Below are positions 12,278 through 24,225 of a stretch of 64,000 bases of DNA, in pieces. Made by a program: the position numbers and the translations under genes. The notes below the pieces were generated by a model. It was given only the letters and a program-made list of their open reading frames with translations. It had not been told where the DNA came from and made no database searches. The stretch's first letter is position 1. Every line of letters starts with the position of its first letter. This stretch comes from Gekko japonicus (Eukaryota). The DNA is taken from assembly GCF_001447785.1 (NCBI RefSeq), contig NW_015177022.1:978654-1042653 (forward strand), given 5' to 3'.

Positions 12278-12478
12278 CTTGTCCTTTGTCTCAGCTGGTT
12301 GTAAGCATCTTAAGTGATGAAGCTCTCTGGTTTTCCTTGGGGAGCCCTGCAGCTCATCTGTTTTGCTGTCAAGACTGCTTCTTGATACTAAAAATTCTCG
12401 GTCTTGATTCTGTCCCATGCTCCCTAGTTACATGTATCTTGGAGCTTAGCCTCTTGCTCAAACAATTTGTCTTTCTCC
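12278..12478 (-). pseudogene. Pseudo-exon (201 nt)
   Basis: Acceptor aaccttttcAG|G, donor AAG|GTAAGG; EKDKLFEQEAKLQDTCN*GAWDRIKTENF*YQEAVLTAK... Confidence 0.65.
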
Positions 12479-12727
12479 CTGAAAAGGTTGGCTGGTTTTG
12501 GGGTGCCCAAGTGCTATTGTCCACACACTGCAGGGAACATCCCCAGCATCCCTTGATATGGACTGGTTAACCCTTAGGGTTTTTTTAGGTGGGCATTTCT
12601 GCTATTAAAGCATTGCCTGTTGTTTTGATGCGTCCTGATGGTTTTTTCTTATTTAGCTTATTTATAGCCTGCCTTTCTGCTTGACTGTCACAACATTGCT
12701 TGCAAGGACCATTTTCTAAGTCAAACG

Positions 12728-14005
12728 CAGGGCCGGCTCACCCGCTAGGCGAACTAGGCCTTCGCCTAGAGTGCGAGCCGGCCGCTAGGGCACGGGAGGA
12801 GAGGCAGGGGTGGCCGCTGGCGTGGTCAGCTGCTGGGAGGAGCGCCGGGGCTGGGAGGAGCTCTGCTGGCTACAGGAGGAGGACGCGCGGCACAGCGGCG
12901 TGGGCAGGGTGCGGTGCTGTAGGCAGTGTCTGAAGCATGGGCTTCGTCAGCTTTGTGGTGAATCCGCCCCTGCACACACACACTTTCAACAGTTTTGGAG
13001 CAGCCCGGCCGACGGAATGATATCTCAGGCCCTCCTGCCACTCTAGCCCCGCCTCAGCGATTCATGTCCGGCCCTCCTTCCAAGCGAGCGTGCCCGGGAG
13101 CCGCCTTGTCTCCCTGGGGAAGTGGCATCACTGGGGGGTATGGGGGCAGGGTGGGCAGCCAGGCCACGCCCCGGGCAGGTGAGGGCGGGCGGGCTGTTCT
13201 CCGGTGGCTGTGGCAGGGAAGCTGGCGACAGGAGCCCATGCGCCCGTAAGCCGGTGGCCTGCTTCCTCCCAAGCCCGCGCCCCGGGATGATGCCCGCTTC
13301 CCCTCCGCCTGGCTCCTTCTGTACAGCGGGGTGCCAGTCAGCCCTCCGCCATGGGACACGAGTTCCTGGCCTCTGTTGCCCTGGCGGGACCTGCCCCAGC
13401 CCCAGGGGAATTCTCTTCCATCTGTGCTCGCTTCAGCGCCAGGCGCTGCACCTGCGCAGGGGGGCCTTCTGCCTCTCTCCCCTCTCCCCTGTTTGGCCAG
13501 GAGTCTGTTGCCCTGCTGCGATCCGAGGCAGGGGGCGGCGGTCAAGCGGAGGGTCTCTCCCCCTCCCCGGCGGGCCTCTGTAGGGTGCCTCTGGCGCCGC
13601 CTGTTCTGCCCCCCACACACATCCACACCTCGCACTGTCCCCGGCGATCCAGGGGAGGGGGCTTCCCTCCGCACCACCTCTCCTCCGGCCGGCTCTCCCT
13701 TCCTCTGCCCACCACAGCCGCGCTGCTGTCCTTTGCCACGGGGCCCGGCGGCCGCGGGTGGGCCACCCCTACCAGAACCCAACCCCCCCAGGCCGCGAGG
13801 GCGACAGATTGGCCTGGCCTCCATCGCTCCCGGAGAGCGGGCACTCGGCTGGCCTTCCTTTGGGGGGGAACGGTCAAGCCGAGGGACTTCCCCTCCTCTC
13901 AGCCTGCCCCCAGCTGCCTGGTTCCAGTGGGGAGGTCTCCAGGCCCCGCCGGGAGGTTGGCATCTGCACTTGCCTAGAGCGCAGGACAACCTCGGGACGG
14001 CCCTG
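12728..14005. mobile_element. GC/CpG-rich non-autonomous hAT (Tip100-like) element, about 1.28 kb
   Basis: Termini CAGGGCCGGC...GACGGCCCTG; 8-bp TSD GTCAAACG (12720-12727) / GTCAAATG (14006-14013) differing by one CpG transition; sharp GC boundaries coincide with the termini. Confidence 0.8.
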
Positions 14006-14537
14006 GTCAAATGCCCCATATGTTTACATTGGTGAGTGGCTTGCCATTTAAAATGTGATGGATTTTGAACAATTTTTCATCTGTGTGTAGTTGGTGGTAT
14101 TCAGCAGGGTTATGGACCCATTAGCTGCTGCTGGCAGACACTCACAATTCTCTGGTTTGCTTGGATTAAGGATCTCCCAGGGTCATCAAGGGCATCAATT
14201 TATGCACCATGTTAAACCAGCTACATTTGGCATGCATATGATCATGTTATGCTTGTGCAGTCAATCGCATTCATCCACTGGCACCATTTGTTAGGTGTCA
14301 CTGTATGTTTGGAACTTCCTGGATTGGACTGCAGTTGTCAGACATCAGTGGGAGAATGTGCAAAGTATTTGTGGATCCAAGCTAGAATTTTCATTTAAAT
14401 GAACTTGTTCATTTCCGGGTGTCAGGGCAGGCAAAAAGGGGCAAGGTAGACTAAAGACAAACTGTGCCATCCCCAAATGCATGCAGGCTTGAAATAACCA
14501 ACAAATATGTTGTTGAAGGCTTTTACAGCTGGAGTTC

Positions 14538-14700
14538 ATTTTCTGGGCTGTATGGCAGTGGTCTTGGCATTGTAGGACCTGATGTTTCGCCTGCAGCTGT
14601 GACTCTGTACTACCTATGAGGATGCTGGTCACAGCTGTTGGTAAAACGTGAGTTCCTACAATGCCAAGGCCATGGCCATACAGCCCGGAAAATCTACAAC
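14538..14700. mobile_element. Penelope-derived inverted-repeat (fold-back) remnant
   Basis: ttttctgggctgtatggc..cattgtagg..cagctgtgac mirrored by gtcacagctg..cctacaatgccaagg..ccatacagcccggaaaa; single-orientation relative at 52533-52628. Confidence 0.7.
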
Positions 14701-15344
14701 TAAATAACCAAGGAAAACATGTCTTTTATAAGTTAATTTTTTCCCCTGTGAGGTGAGTTGGGCAAACAGTGGACTGGGGAAGAGACCAGAGATAAATGTA
14801 GGAAAGTAGTGTGAGAATATTATGGCCCGGACATTTGTAATACAGTTTCAATATCTGATAAAAGTGAACATTTTTTCCAAGTGTTTGAGGGTGCTGGCCT
14901 CAGTTCACAACCCAACTGCAATTTGAGCTGAGGATTGTTCATTCATTACTAATTTACATGCACATCTCCAAGCAATTCACATCCAAGCAATTTACATCTC
15001 ACATCTCCAAGCAGTGAGAGATTTCAGGGCAGAGATTCAGAATTTGTTTTTCTTTGGATGAGAAAGACCACTGGGAGACTTAACAGTCTCTTTGCAACAT
15101 TTGCTTTACTTACAAATGTACAAGCAGAACGTGGGTGGAGGCGACCAGACACTCCTACAGTGCAGCCGATCTACTACCCTGCATCAGTTCCCCAAGAGAA
15201 AGGAAAAAAGACCTTGAACCTCTAGAATAAACAAGGATCTCACAGCACCTTGAATGCTAACAAGTTTTTATTTCAGCTTAAGCTTTCACGGGCTATAGGT
15301 TTCTTTGTCAGATACATGCAACATACTAAGAAGAAAAATGGCTG

Positions 15345-15570
15345 CTTTTTATATCCTGCTTTTCTCTCCCCTAAGGAATCTCAGAGAGGCTTACAATCAC
15401 CTTCCCTTCCCACAACAAACACCTTGTGAGGTAGGTGGGGCTGAGACAGTTCTGACAGAATTGTGACTGGCCCATGGTCACCCAGCAGGCTTCATGGGGA
15501 GGAGAGGGGACTCAAACCTGGTTCTCCAGATTAGAGTCCATGACTCTTAACCACTACGTCACACTGGCTC
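15345..15570 (-). mobile_element. Squam3/MIR-like SINE
   Basis: ccttgtgaggtaggtggggctgaga..cctggttctccagattagagtc..ttaaccactac, shared with copies at 24.9, 35.6, 44.9 and 54.6 kb. Confidence 0.8.
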
Positions 15571-15734
15571 TTTAACGCAGCTCAGGTATTCTCAGGTTAG
15601 TATTCTCAGGAATACTAACACAGCTGTCTCTCAGGAACTTGTACCCCAAAATGTTTTATCTTTAGCCAACATGCTAAACATGTGCTTCATGGGCTGCCCA
15701 TCAGTTACCAGGTTCAGTTCAAAATATTGACTAA

Positions 15735-16475
15735 TATATACAAAGCTCTTCATGGCCTTGGGCACTCATATCTATGGGACTACTACCTCTCGCCCTATGC
15801 TCTGCCATGACAGCTTCTCTCATCTGAGCAGGGCCTTCTGCAGGTTTGTTGTTCAGTTGCACAGTTGAGTTTGACTCTTTGCGACCCCATGGACCCTTCT
15901 GATCTTCCGCCGTCCTCTGAAGTTTGCTCAACTTCATGTTCGTTGCATCTATGACACTGTCTAACCATCTCATCCTTTGCCGTCCCCGTCTTCTTTGATC
16001 TTCAATCTTTCCCAGCATTAGGTGCTGGTGTACAAATGGGCAAGTCTCTGTTGTGCCCACCCCCCAGTTATGGAACGGACTGCCTGATGAGTTCAGGAAG
16101 GCTCCCATTCTCCTGGCTTTCAACAAACGATACAAAGCTGAATTATTCAGGAGGGCTTTTTTTACACAGGTAACAGGGCTTGTATTATAACAGAATTGTT
16201 TAGAAAGATGATTTGGTAAAGGGATAGGGACTATGGAGTGTACTATTGTGTGCTCTCTGTTTCTGTAAGTGTGCACCTATTATGTGATTTCTTCATTAAT
16301 ATGCCATTTTTAAAGGCTTATGCTATGTTTCAAATTTCTGCTTGTCTTTGGATTTCTGCAGTCCAAACCCTATTGCACTGTTTATTGGATGTCCCATCCT
16401 GTTGATCATATTGACTTAGACTGTGTAATCCTTGAGTCTTAGTGAGAAAGATGAACTAAAAATATCATAAATAAA
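15735..16475 (+). mobile_element. L2 LINE 3' fragment interrupted by a BovB fragment
   Basis: YKALHGLGHSYL..., later LWNGLPDEFR and YKAELFRRAF, then an L2-type tail ending aaataaat. Confidence 0.7.
15846..16020 (-). mobile_element. BovB (RTE) 3' end fragment
   Basis: LMLGKIEDQRRRGRQRMRWLDSVIDATNMKLSKL with a ctgaacaacaa tail; highly similar to 58988-59180. Confidence 0.9.
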
Positions 16476-17168
16476 TGAGTAAGACACAGTTTTCCTTGTC
16501 GCCACTTAACTAAACAAAAGTCCCCAAAGTTCCATACCCACATACTCTCCAGAACACAGATCAGAGACCCCACCTTTGTAGGTTTCCGATCCAAGGAAAT
16601 GTATTCAACCATTATAGGACACTTCTGGTTCTTTACTGTTAAATCCCTAGCTCCCGTCATAGAAAAGACGTAGTGAAAACCCTGTTCAAAGTATTCAAGA
16701 CAGGGCAAACTCACAGCAATATTTATCCTGTTTAATTGTATCTATTAAGTAAGTACTGCAATTCTTGCTGTGCAGATGTTTCTTGCAGTGGTCATTTTTA
16801 CATGTAAGACTTAAAATAAGCTTTTAAAGAAATCGTGTTCTAATACCAGTGTAAAACTTGCAAATGATTTTGGTGTGCATATTTGATTTTTCTTCTCAGT
16901 CCTTTCCCACATGAGCAACATTCTTAGGTGAAATGCCAAAAGCAAGATTAATTTAAATGGACTTGACAGGACATAGCTGCATGTCAAATCTGAATCATTT
17001 CCCTGGGTGCTTCCACATTAGGGAGTTTTACGGTCTGACTCCTCATCATGTTGCCAGTGCAATATTTTCTCCATTTGTACTTGCAACAGAGATTCCACAT
17101 GGCACAGCATTATCGAGTGTTAGCTGTTTTCTCTTTCACACCAGGCATATATTACCAGAAGCCCCTAC

Positions 17169-17312
17169 CTCTGTTGCTCTCTGTCCCTCTCCTCAGTCAT
17201 GAATCCGCACCCCACCCTATTTTGGGCACATGTGTAGTGTTGAAGAGGAACTGCCCAATGGTACAGTCCTTTTTTGAAAACCTTCCTGTTGTGTATGGAG
17301 CCCGAGTAATCC
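17169..17312 (-). pseudogene. Pseudo-exon (144 nt)
   Basis: Acceptor ctatttcAG|G, donor GAG|GTAGGG; ends MTEERDREQQ-ag, which joins the 12478 exon in frame (...REQQ-R-EKDKLFEQE). Confidence 0.55.
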
Positions 17313-19197
17313 CTGAAATAGTACCAGGATCTGGTTGAGCGTATTTCATCTGAACAATAGCTTACTAGGATCCTGGAGTAGACCAACAGAATAACAGTGT
17401 TATGTAAATAGCCTATCCTTGGGAGTGAGGTGTGTTTGGGAGTGTGGTGATTGCATGCTTAAAAACAGGTTAGCTGCCCTGGAGTTTGTCTTGTAGCGTT
17501 CCTGAAATCACCTAATAAAGTAGAGCTGTTTCAGTGCAATGCATCCAGAACCCAGTATTTAACACTTCTGCATATTTACATAGCACTGCTAAGGAATAAT
17601 GCTAAACTTGAAGGCTTCTACTCCTTGTATTTGCCTGTATGTTATAGCACAACTCTATTTATTTACAAAATTTATCTCCTGCCTTTCTGCCCTTATAAGC
17701 GCTGCCAAGTCCCCCCCCCCCCCAAGTTCTCTTCCAAGTTTTCTACATTTCAGTGTTGGGCAGGAGGCTGTGGGGGACCCACCCCTCTTTTCAGGATTAA
17801 TTACAGCGCTGCGAAACGCATGGGGTGAACACCCCCCCCCTTCTGAATGAACAAAGTCTCCTTTCCCGAGTTCAGAGCTCTGTCACCCCCCCCCCAATTA
17901 ATTACAGGACTGGGGAATACATGTACACCTGTGATTATGAGTTCTTGCAACTGAGTAATGGCACAACAACATTATGGCATTACAGGAATAAATAAAATAA
18001 AATAATCCAATACATATGCAAAGGGAAGGGAGGTATTCCTTTTAACTGAAACTGAAGACATAATTTCCATTTGGGAATCTTTCCTTTGCAATCTCCTGCC
18101 CCTCTTTATTCTTAATGCCGAGATGCACACATTGTGACAGACATAGCGCAATTGTGCTGTTCTGCATTACTGTAAAAGACAAAGAAAACAGCAAAATTAG
18201 AAAAACCTAAATATAGGCCGAGTTCAGACTGGCAGTTTGCCCCGATATAGGCACAAGGCAGAAATGTTTCACAGCTGGATTAAAGGGGCCGTTCACACAG
18301 GCACATCTGTCAGGCGTTCCCCAGCCGTACGCAACCCGTCTCATAACGCTTCCCTCCCGAGTTTAAAAGATACCAGGCGAAAGATAACCTGGAAAGCGCG
18401 ATTATTTATTTATTTATTTATACCTTTGGCTTATATACCGCCCTGACCCCGAAGGGTATCTGGGTGGTTTACATAGTGGTTCTAACCAACCAATTAACCT
18501 AACTAGGGCCACATTGTCTACAGTGTGGTGACTGCCTACCAGCACCCCGGGCTAGTTGTCATCCGGCTTCCTTCCGTGGCTCCCACGTCCATCCCACTTC
18601 CAGGAAGTGTGAATGCGAAAAGTAGGGATGTGCTTATGCGCACGAGTGCATACAGCCGCGCCTCCAGGCCAACAGTGTGGACGCTCCCTTGTGCCTCTTC
18701 CCCAGTTTGTTCCGGGTCTTTTTTGCCTGGACTCCCTCACGCGTCAAACTGCCTGTCTGAACTCAGCCATAGTTACCCCTTTTCCTCTGCAGTTGTGACT
18801 CATCAGTGAAGATAAAAAAGAGATTAAAAAGTAAAACAAGCAAACAAAACAACAACAACCCACAAACCCAAAAAGATAGGTAGAGGGAGTAGGGAGGAAG
18901 AGTTCCTTAAAGGTATGCCTTCTGTTCTGAAGACATTGAAAAGAATGCCCCGTCAATGCCATGCAGGGAAAAATTGGTTGCATTCAGGGTTTTCTTTCTT
19001 TAAAAAATGTTTCTTATAGAGAAAAAAAATGGGCTGCCCACATTTGGGACATGAATGCAGAATGACATCAGGTGGAAACAGGGGGGAAAAACCATACAAG
19101 TTGAGAGGCTGAAACAGGGAAAATCCTGCATGTGAAAGCAGCCCCTATCAGTTTAATTTTCTCACTGGTTCTATGTAGACATTATAAACAAAAAATC

Positions 19198-19277
19198 CTG
19201 GGAACTGGAATTTGTTGAGGGTGCTGAGATTTCTCTGTTGCAGATCCCTGGCTCCTTTCACAGTGCTGTAGGATTCT
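19198..19277 (-). pseudogene. Pseudo-exon (about 80 nt; donor apparently mutated)
   Basis: Strong acceptor tcattctttctctcAG|; ESYSTVKGARDLQQRNLSTLNKFQ; the expected donor reads GA rather than GT. Confidence 0.5.
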
Positions 19278-19748
19278 CTGAGAGAAAGAATGATTGTTAA
19301 AGTAGTATAAATCTATGGTCTGGAGATGCCTCTTACTGAAGCTCAGGAAAATATCCTGGCTGCTTCTCATCTCCCCAAACAGTGAGAAGGTTTAGGGCTG
19401 AGACACAGTGCTTATTTTCTTTTGGATCAGAGAGCAGTGGGGGACTTAACAGCATCTTTGCAAAATTTGCTTTATTTACAAATGTGCAATCACAACATAC
19501 TCCATTTTGTTTGTGATTTTAAAGAGTCAGGAAGTCTTTGCTCTCATGTGTTTCTTCTCCTTATGTATGGAGTCCAAATGGAACACTTCCTGGTTTGGAA
19601 CTAACCACAGTTGGTACTGATATTGTTCTTGTCCTACAAACCAGACTCTAAACCATAGTTTAGCCCAATTTGGACATCACAATTGCATTTAGATATGAAC
19701 CAGGAAGTCTTCAATTTTGGCTCTAAGAAAAGGGAGGGACAAACATGC

Positions 19749-19967
19749 CCAAAGACTCATTCTCATCACTAGCAAGCAGGAGTTTGTTCATGATGACATC
19801 TGAGTGCAGCTGTTGAATGAGGTTAGTGAACCCATCTGGTCTGTGTTGGCTGGCAGCAACTCTGTGGTGTTCTTTCTTTGCAGAAATGGAAGCACAATGT
19901 TCTCTGATAGCATGAAGTTCTTTTACACTGTTGCACACACATTTTGAACAGCTGCACCTTTGAGGTT
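19749..19967 (-). pseudogene. Pseudo-exon (219 nt, phase 1-1)
   Basis: Strong acceptor ccccctttccccacAG|, donor G|GCATGT (GC-type or decayed GT); open frame PQRCSCSKCVCNSVKELHAIREHCASISAKKE...NLIQQLHSDVIMNKLLLASDENESL. Confidence 0.6.
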
Positions 19968-20232
19968 CTGTGGGGAAAGGGGGTGGCTCAACAGCACATT
20001 TTCTGATCAGTTATCATCCATCCTTCCTGAGATGTAGATTCTGATAAATTTATGGAACAAGTGTTTTTGCTGCTTGGAAAAAAAAAGTGCGGGGGCAGCC
20101 GCTACTCTTGTTAAATGCCGTTACATGTAATGAATATTGAAGTGTGAAAAATAATACCATCTTCCTCCAGATGCTGGGCCTGTACACAAAAAGGAGAAAA
20201 CCAAGTTGGGTGTGAGATGCAGCCATGCGTAC

Positions 20233-20361
20233 CTTCTAACATTTTGCAGATGAAAATAGGGATACTTGTGTATTTGTTAACACCTCTTCTCGCACCAAAC
20301 ATCACTCCTTCTCTGTCTGCTGCATTCACTTACTCTGCAACAGCCTGTTCTGCCCCAACTT
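20233..20361 (-). pseudogene. Pseudo-exon (129 nt)
   Basis: Acceptor ccggtttcAG|, donor AAG|GTACGC; KLGQNRLLQSK*MQQTEKE*CLVREEVL. Confidence 0.6.
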
Positions 20362-20432
20362 CTGAAACCGGATGTATCAATAAGTAGACCATCATGGCTT
20401 CCTTTTCGTCTTAATATGAGGTTTAATCTTAC

Positions 20433-20504
20433 AGTGGATCTGACTACATTTATAGAATGTGTTTGAGATGCAGCTATTCATAAAGTTACTATCTGGATTA
20501 GCAG
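20433..20504 (-). pseudogene. Pseudo-exon (72 nt)
   Basis: Acceptor cccctccactcccagccctcacAG|, donor ACT|GTAAGA; 71-nt intron to the next exon. Confidence 0.45.
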
Positions 20505-20919
20505 CTGTGAGGGCTGGGAGTGGAGGGGAAGCAACGCACTGACATTTCGTGCCCATCCCCTTGCATCTGTGCACATCTGTGTGCAACAAGTACAAAAAAG
20601 AGCCAGTGTGATATAGTAGTCAGAGTGTCACACAAGGATCTGGGAGATCTTCTGGGATAGAATCCCAGCTCTGCCCTGGAAGCCTGTTAGGTGGCCTTGG
20701 GCCAGTCATACACTCTCAGCCTAATCTACTGAAGCCTCTTTGGGTCCCCGCTGGGGAGAAAGGTGGGGTACAATGAAGTAAATAAATAAATGAACCAAGA
20801 AGACTGAAATAACAAGAATTTACACTAAGACATTTTTAAAGCCATTGTTACCTAGGAAGGAGCTTTGTGCTCTCTTATGGACATAAATGGACTGTGTATA
20901 AAATGTGCAAAAGGGATTC

Positions 20920-21945
20920 TGATGTAAGGTGACCAGATTGTGATGCCAGACACGCGCCAGGAAAAGCCTGAGACAATGTGCCCGTGGTTCCCGAGGTTGC
21001 CCTGTTCCAGATGTATCCCTAGACACATGAAACACTCCAAAACAACCATCTGCCAGTGCTGTTTAAACTAAGGACTCCCGACATCATTAAAGAAGTCCTT
21101 CTTCATCACGCTGGCAGCCGCCCCTCACCTTTTCTACATCGAAGGCACAAAAGACTCTTTCCAGCCTTCCACTTGACAAAGGACTTGGCCTTCCTCATCC
21201 ATTCCAGGAACCAGTTCTGCAGCCCTGAGACAAAGAACACAATAGGTGCTAGCCGATGAGTCATCATGACCCTAGAGGTGTCTCTGTCACAAGTTCAGTT
21301 AGAATTCAATATTGACCACCCTTTAAGCCTCCCCTCCCCATTGTGGACATGACTTTTGGAACGGACCACCAGGGGTTGTCTCAAGGGAGGTGGCTAGCAA
21401 AGCCCTCCCCCCAGAGCCCCCATATAAAAGTGGGCACCCAGCAATGTGCTCACTCTCCTTTTGCCCTCTCTAAGCCCTCTCTATACCCTCCAAGGACTCC
21501 CGACATCATTAAAGCCTTTTAGCTCTTGCTATTCTGAAACCCACCCTGCCTCTCTAAGACTCTTGGACTGCAGCCAGAGTCTTCCACATGCTTCTGCCGG
21601 TTCAGAGCACAATTTCCTTTTCTTAGCATAATTCTCATTTCTGATTAGTTTCCCCTATTTTCCCACTGGGATGCATCATCTCATCGGACAGGTAAATATC
21701 GCCCCCCAACGATCTCCTGCTCGTGCGAATGTCTCTTGATTGTCTATCTAATTTTCTTAGAAGCTGTGTAACTGTGTTTGTGTGCTTGTGTATTGTTTGT
21801 TTGTGAAGAATCTCCAGTAAAAGGAAAACATTTTTATACTGAAGCCAGCCTCCGTGCCTATTTTTGGTATCTTTGGAAGAAGCAGGACCTCTGTATATAC
21901 AGGTGTTTGTTCCCTTATTGCCTATTGCTATTTTATAATATCTCA
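20920..21945 (+). mobile_element. Probable solo LTR (about 1.0 kb)
   Basis: TGA...TCA ends; flanks GATTC/TATTC (5 bp, one mismatch); TATA-like CATATAAAAG at 21421; internal exact 23-bp direct repeat; AGTAAA near 21816. Confidence 0.55.
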
Positions 21946-22020
21946 TATTCCCAATATTGATAATAACTTAGAGCAATCAGGCTAACACCATTTCTAAGAC
22001 ATCTTCTCAAGAGACAAAAT

Positions 22021-23237
22021 GTGTGTACTGAGTGCCATCAAGTTGCTTCCAATGTATGGCAGCCATATGGATTAGTGACCTCCAAAATGGCCTATTGTTA
22101 ACGGCCTTGCTCAGGTCTTGCAAACTGAGGGCTGTGTCTTCCTTTACTGGATCAACCCACCTCATGTTGGGTCTTCCACTTTCCCTGCTGCCTTCAACTC
22201 TTCGAATAAGATCATTATTATCTTCCCCAGTGACTCTTGTCTTCTCATAATGTGACCAAAATGCAATAACCTCAGTTTAGTCATTTTAGCTTCTAGGGAG
22301 CGTTCAGACTTGATTTGATCCAGAAACCACTTATTTGTCTTTTTGAAGGTCCATAGTATCCAAAAATCTCTCAACACCACATTTAAAATTAATCAACTTT
22401 TCCCCCTCTCAGCTTTCTTCATAGCCCAGCTTCCATACCCATACATAGTAATGGGGAATACTATGGTATAAATTATCTTGATCTTGGTTACCAGTGACAC
22501 GCCCTTCTGATTTCTGGGTTGGCATCTCCCTTTTGGTTCATGATGGAGCCAAGGAATAGAAAATTTTGAACACTTTCAATTCCTTCACCTGAACATCAAT
22601 CAAAAGACTCTTCTTGGAAGTAATCTGTCATGCTTTCATCTCTTCTGTATAGTTCTTCAGTGTAGTGTTCCAAAAGAAATGCAAACCCTTGATGGATAAT
22701 TGATAAAACTCTTTAAATTGCTAAAGATATATCATTTCAACATCTTTGTTTTGTCCTGTTCCCATTCCTAACAGTGCTTTAAATCTCCCTTTGATTTCTT
22801 GGATCTTGTTCTTCCTTTTTTGTTGTTCTCTTTACACTAGTTATTATAATAGTTGTCCTTGTCTCTATGTGCTAGTTGCCGAATGCTGCGTTTAGACTTC
22901 TGATTCTATTTCTGTGTCCTTTTACTTTTGTTTCTTGTCTGTCTTTAGCAGTTTTAAGACTTTCATCAGTTATTCATCAAGCCTTTTCATTTCTTTTGGC
23001 TACAATATTAGTCTTTGCACATTCTTTCTTGATAATCTCTGGTTTCAACCTGTAGTTCTTCCAGTTCATGTTCACATTAACTTAGTAGTGCAAATCTGTT
23101 CTTTACATGGACTTTAAACACTTCCGGAATGTTTTTTAGATTTTATTTTGACACTATGAATGTTTTGGTGTTTTTCTTCAGCTTTATTCTAATTTTCAAT
23201 ATCAGCTATTCATGGTCTGGACCACAGTCAGCTGTGG
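22021..23237 (-). mobile_element. RTE-clade LINE, 5'-truncated and internally deleted
   Basis: KKTNKWFLDQIKSERSLEAKMTKLRLLHFGHIMRRQESLGK near the 3' end; ADCGPDHE..RIKLKK endonuclease-end motif at about 23175-23235. Confidence 0.85.
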
Positions 23238-23660
23238 GTTTTTTTAGCAGAGAGAATAGTGCTTCTCCATCTTCTGCTTTTAAAGGCAAAACAGGAATTA
23301 AAATAGAGCAAAATAGTAATAAAATAAAGTTTTGTCAGGGGCAGGTTCCAGAATAGAAATGTCTAAGGGCCAAACCATATGGGATGCCAGGAATTGCATG
23401 AATACACATCCCCTGGTGTTTTTTCTTTAAATAGTAGGTGCACAAGGGACTGTTTTGAACTGGGACCATAGCATGAGGGAAAGGAGAGTCTAAGCTTTCC
23501 CCTGTGTGTCACTTTCCTGATCTGAAATATTCCTGTAAAGCAACTGTTTGTACCATGGGGAAAACATACAGCAGCTACCTCTGTGATAAAGTATGCCATA
23601 TATTGTATTTTTGACATAAACACATATTCATACTGCTGAATGCAACACTCCTTTCAATAC

Positions 23661-23754
23661 CAGGATTGCTTAAGTATTAATCTTTCCTTGCAGAATCGTT
23701 GTTTCTTTTCTAGCAACAGGTTGACTGGAATGGATTTGTCTGTTTTCTGACTAC
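23661..23754 (-). pseudogene. Pseudo-exon (94 nt)
   Basis: Acceptor tttcctgtgtgttAG|, donor CTG|GTATTG; SENRQIHSSQPVARKETTILQGKINT*AIL. Confidence 0.45.
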
Positions 23755-24225
23755 CTAACACACAGGAAATCACTCTACTTCCCCTGTTAATGAGCAAGCT
23801 TCAGATAATCTAGCAAGGAAGCATAAATGTATATAATGTTCCTAAAGAGTGCTGACAACACAATAACATCTTACGATTTTAAAAATCATTTTAAAATGCA
23901 CATTGGCTATAGTGATGATATATGCAAAGCTTGAAGATGTTTGAACTCTCAACAAGTTAGTTTTTCTTTTTTGTATACTAATGACTGATTTCTACTTTAA
24001 AGGTCACTTAGGTGGTTTATTTCCAAAAGCAATGTAAATTGTGAGTGAGTACTGACGACAGTACATGGCCAGTAGATCTCCCTGAACTCTCACAAAATTC
24101 CATCATCTCACAAAAGTTCAGGTGCCCTTGTGGTTGCTTTAGCAACTGCATCAAATAGTAAGGAATCTGCATTGAATTCTGCCATATTGTTTCAAGACTT
24201 TGGTGGTGGTGGTGCCCTTGCATAC

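Noticed and set aside
13054-14035. Long overlapping ORFs of 321, 234 and 208 aa
   Set aside because: Low-complexity G/P/R/A translations on both strands, caused by high GC inside a TIR/TSD-bounded transposon; no recognisable domain
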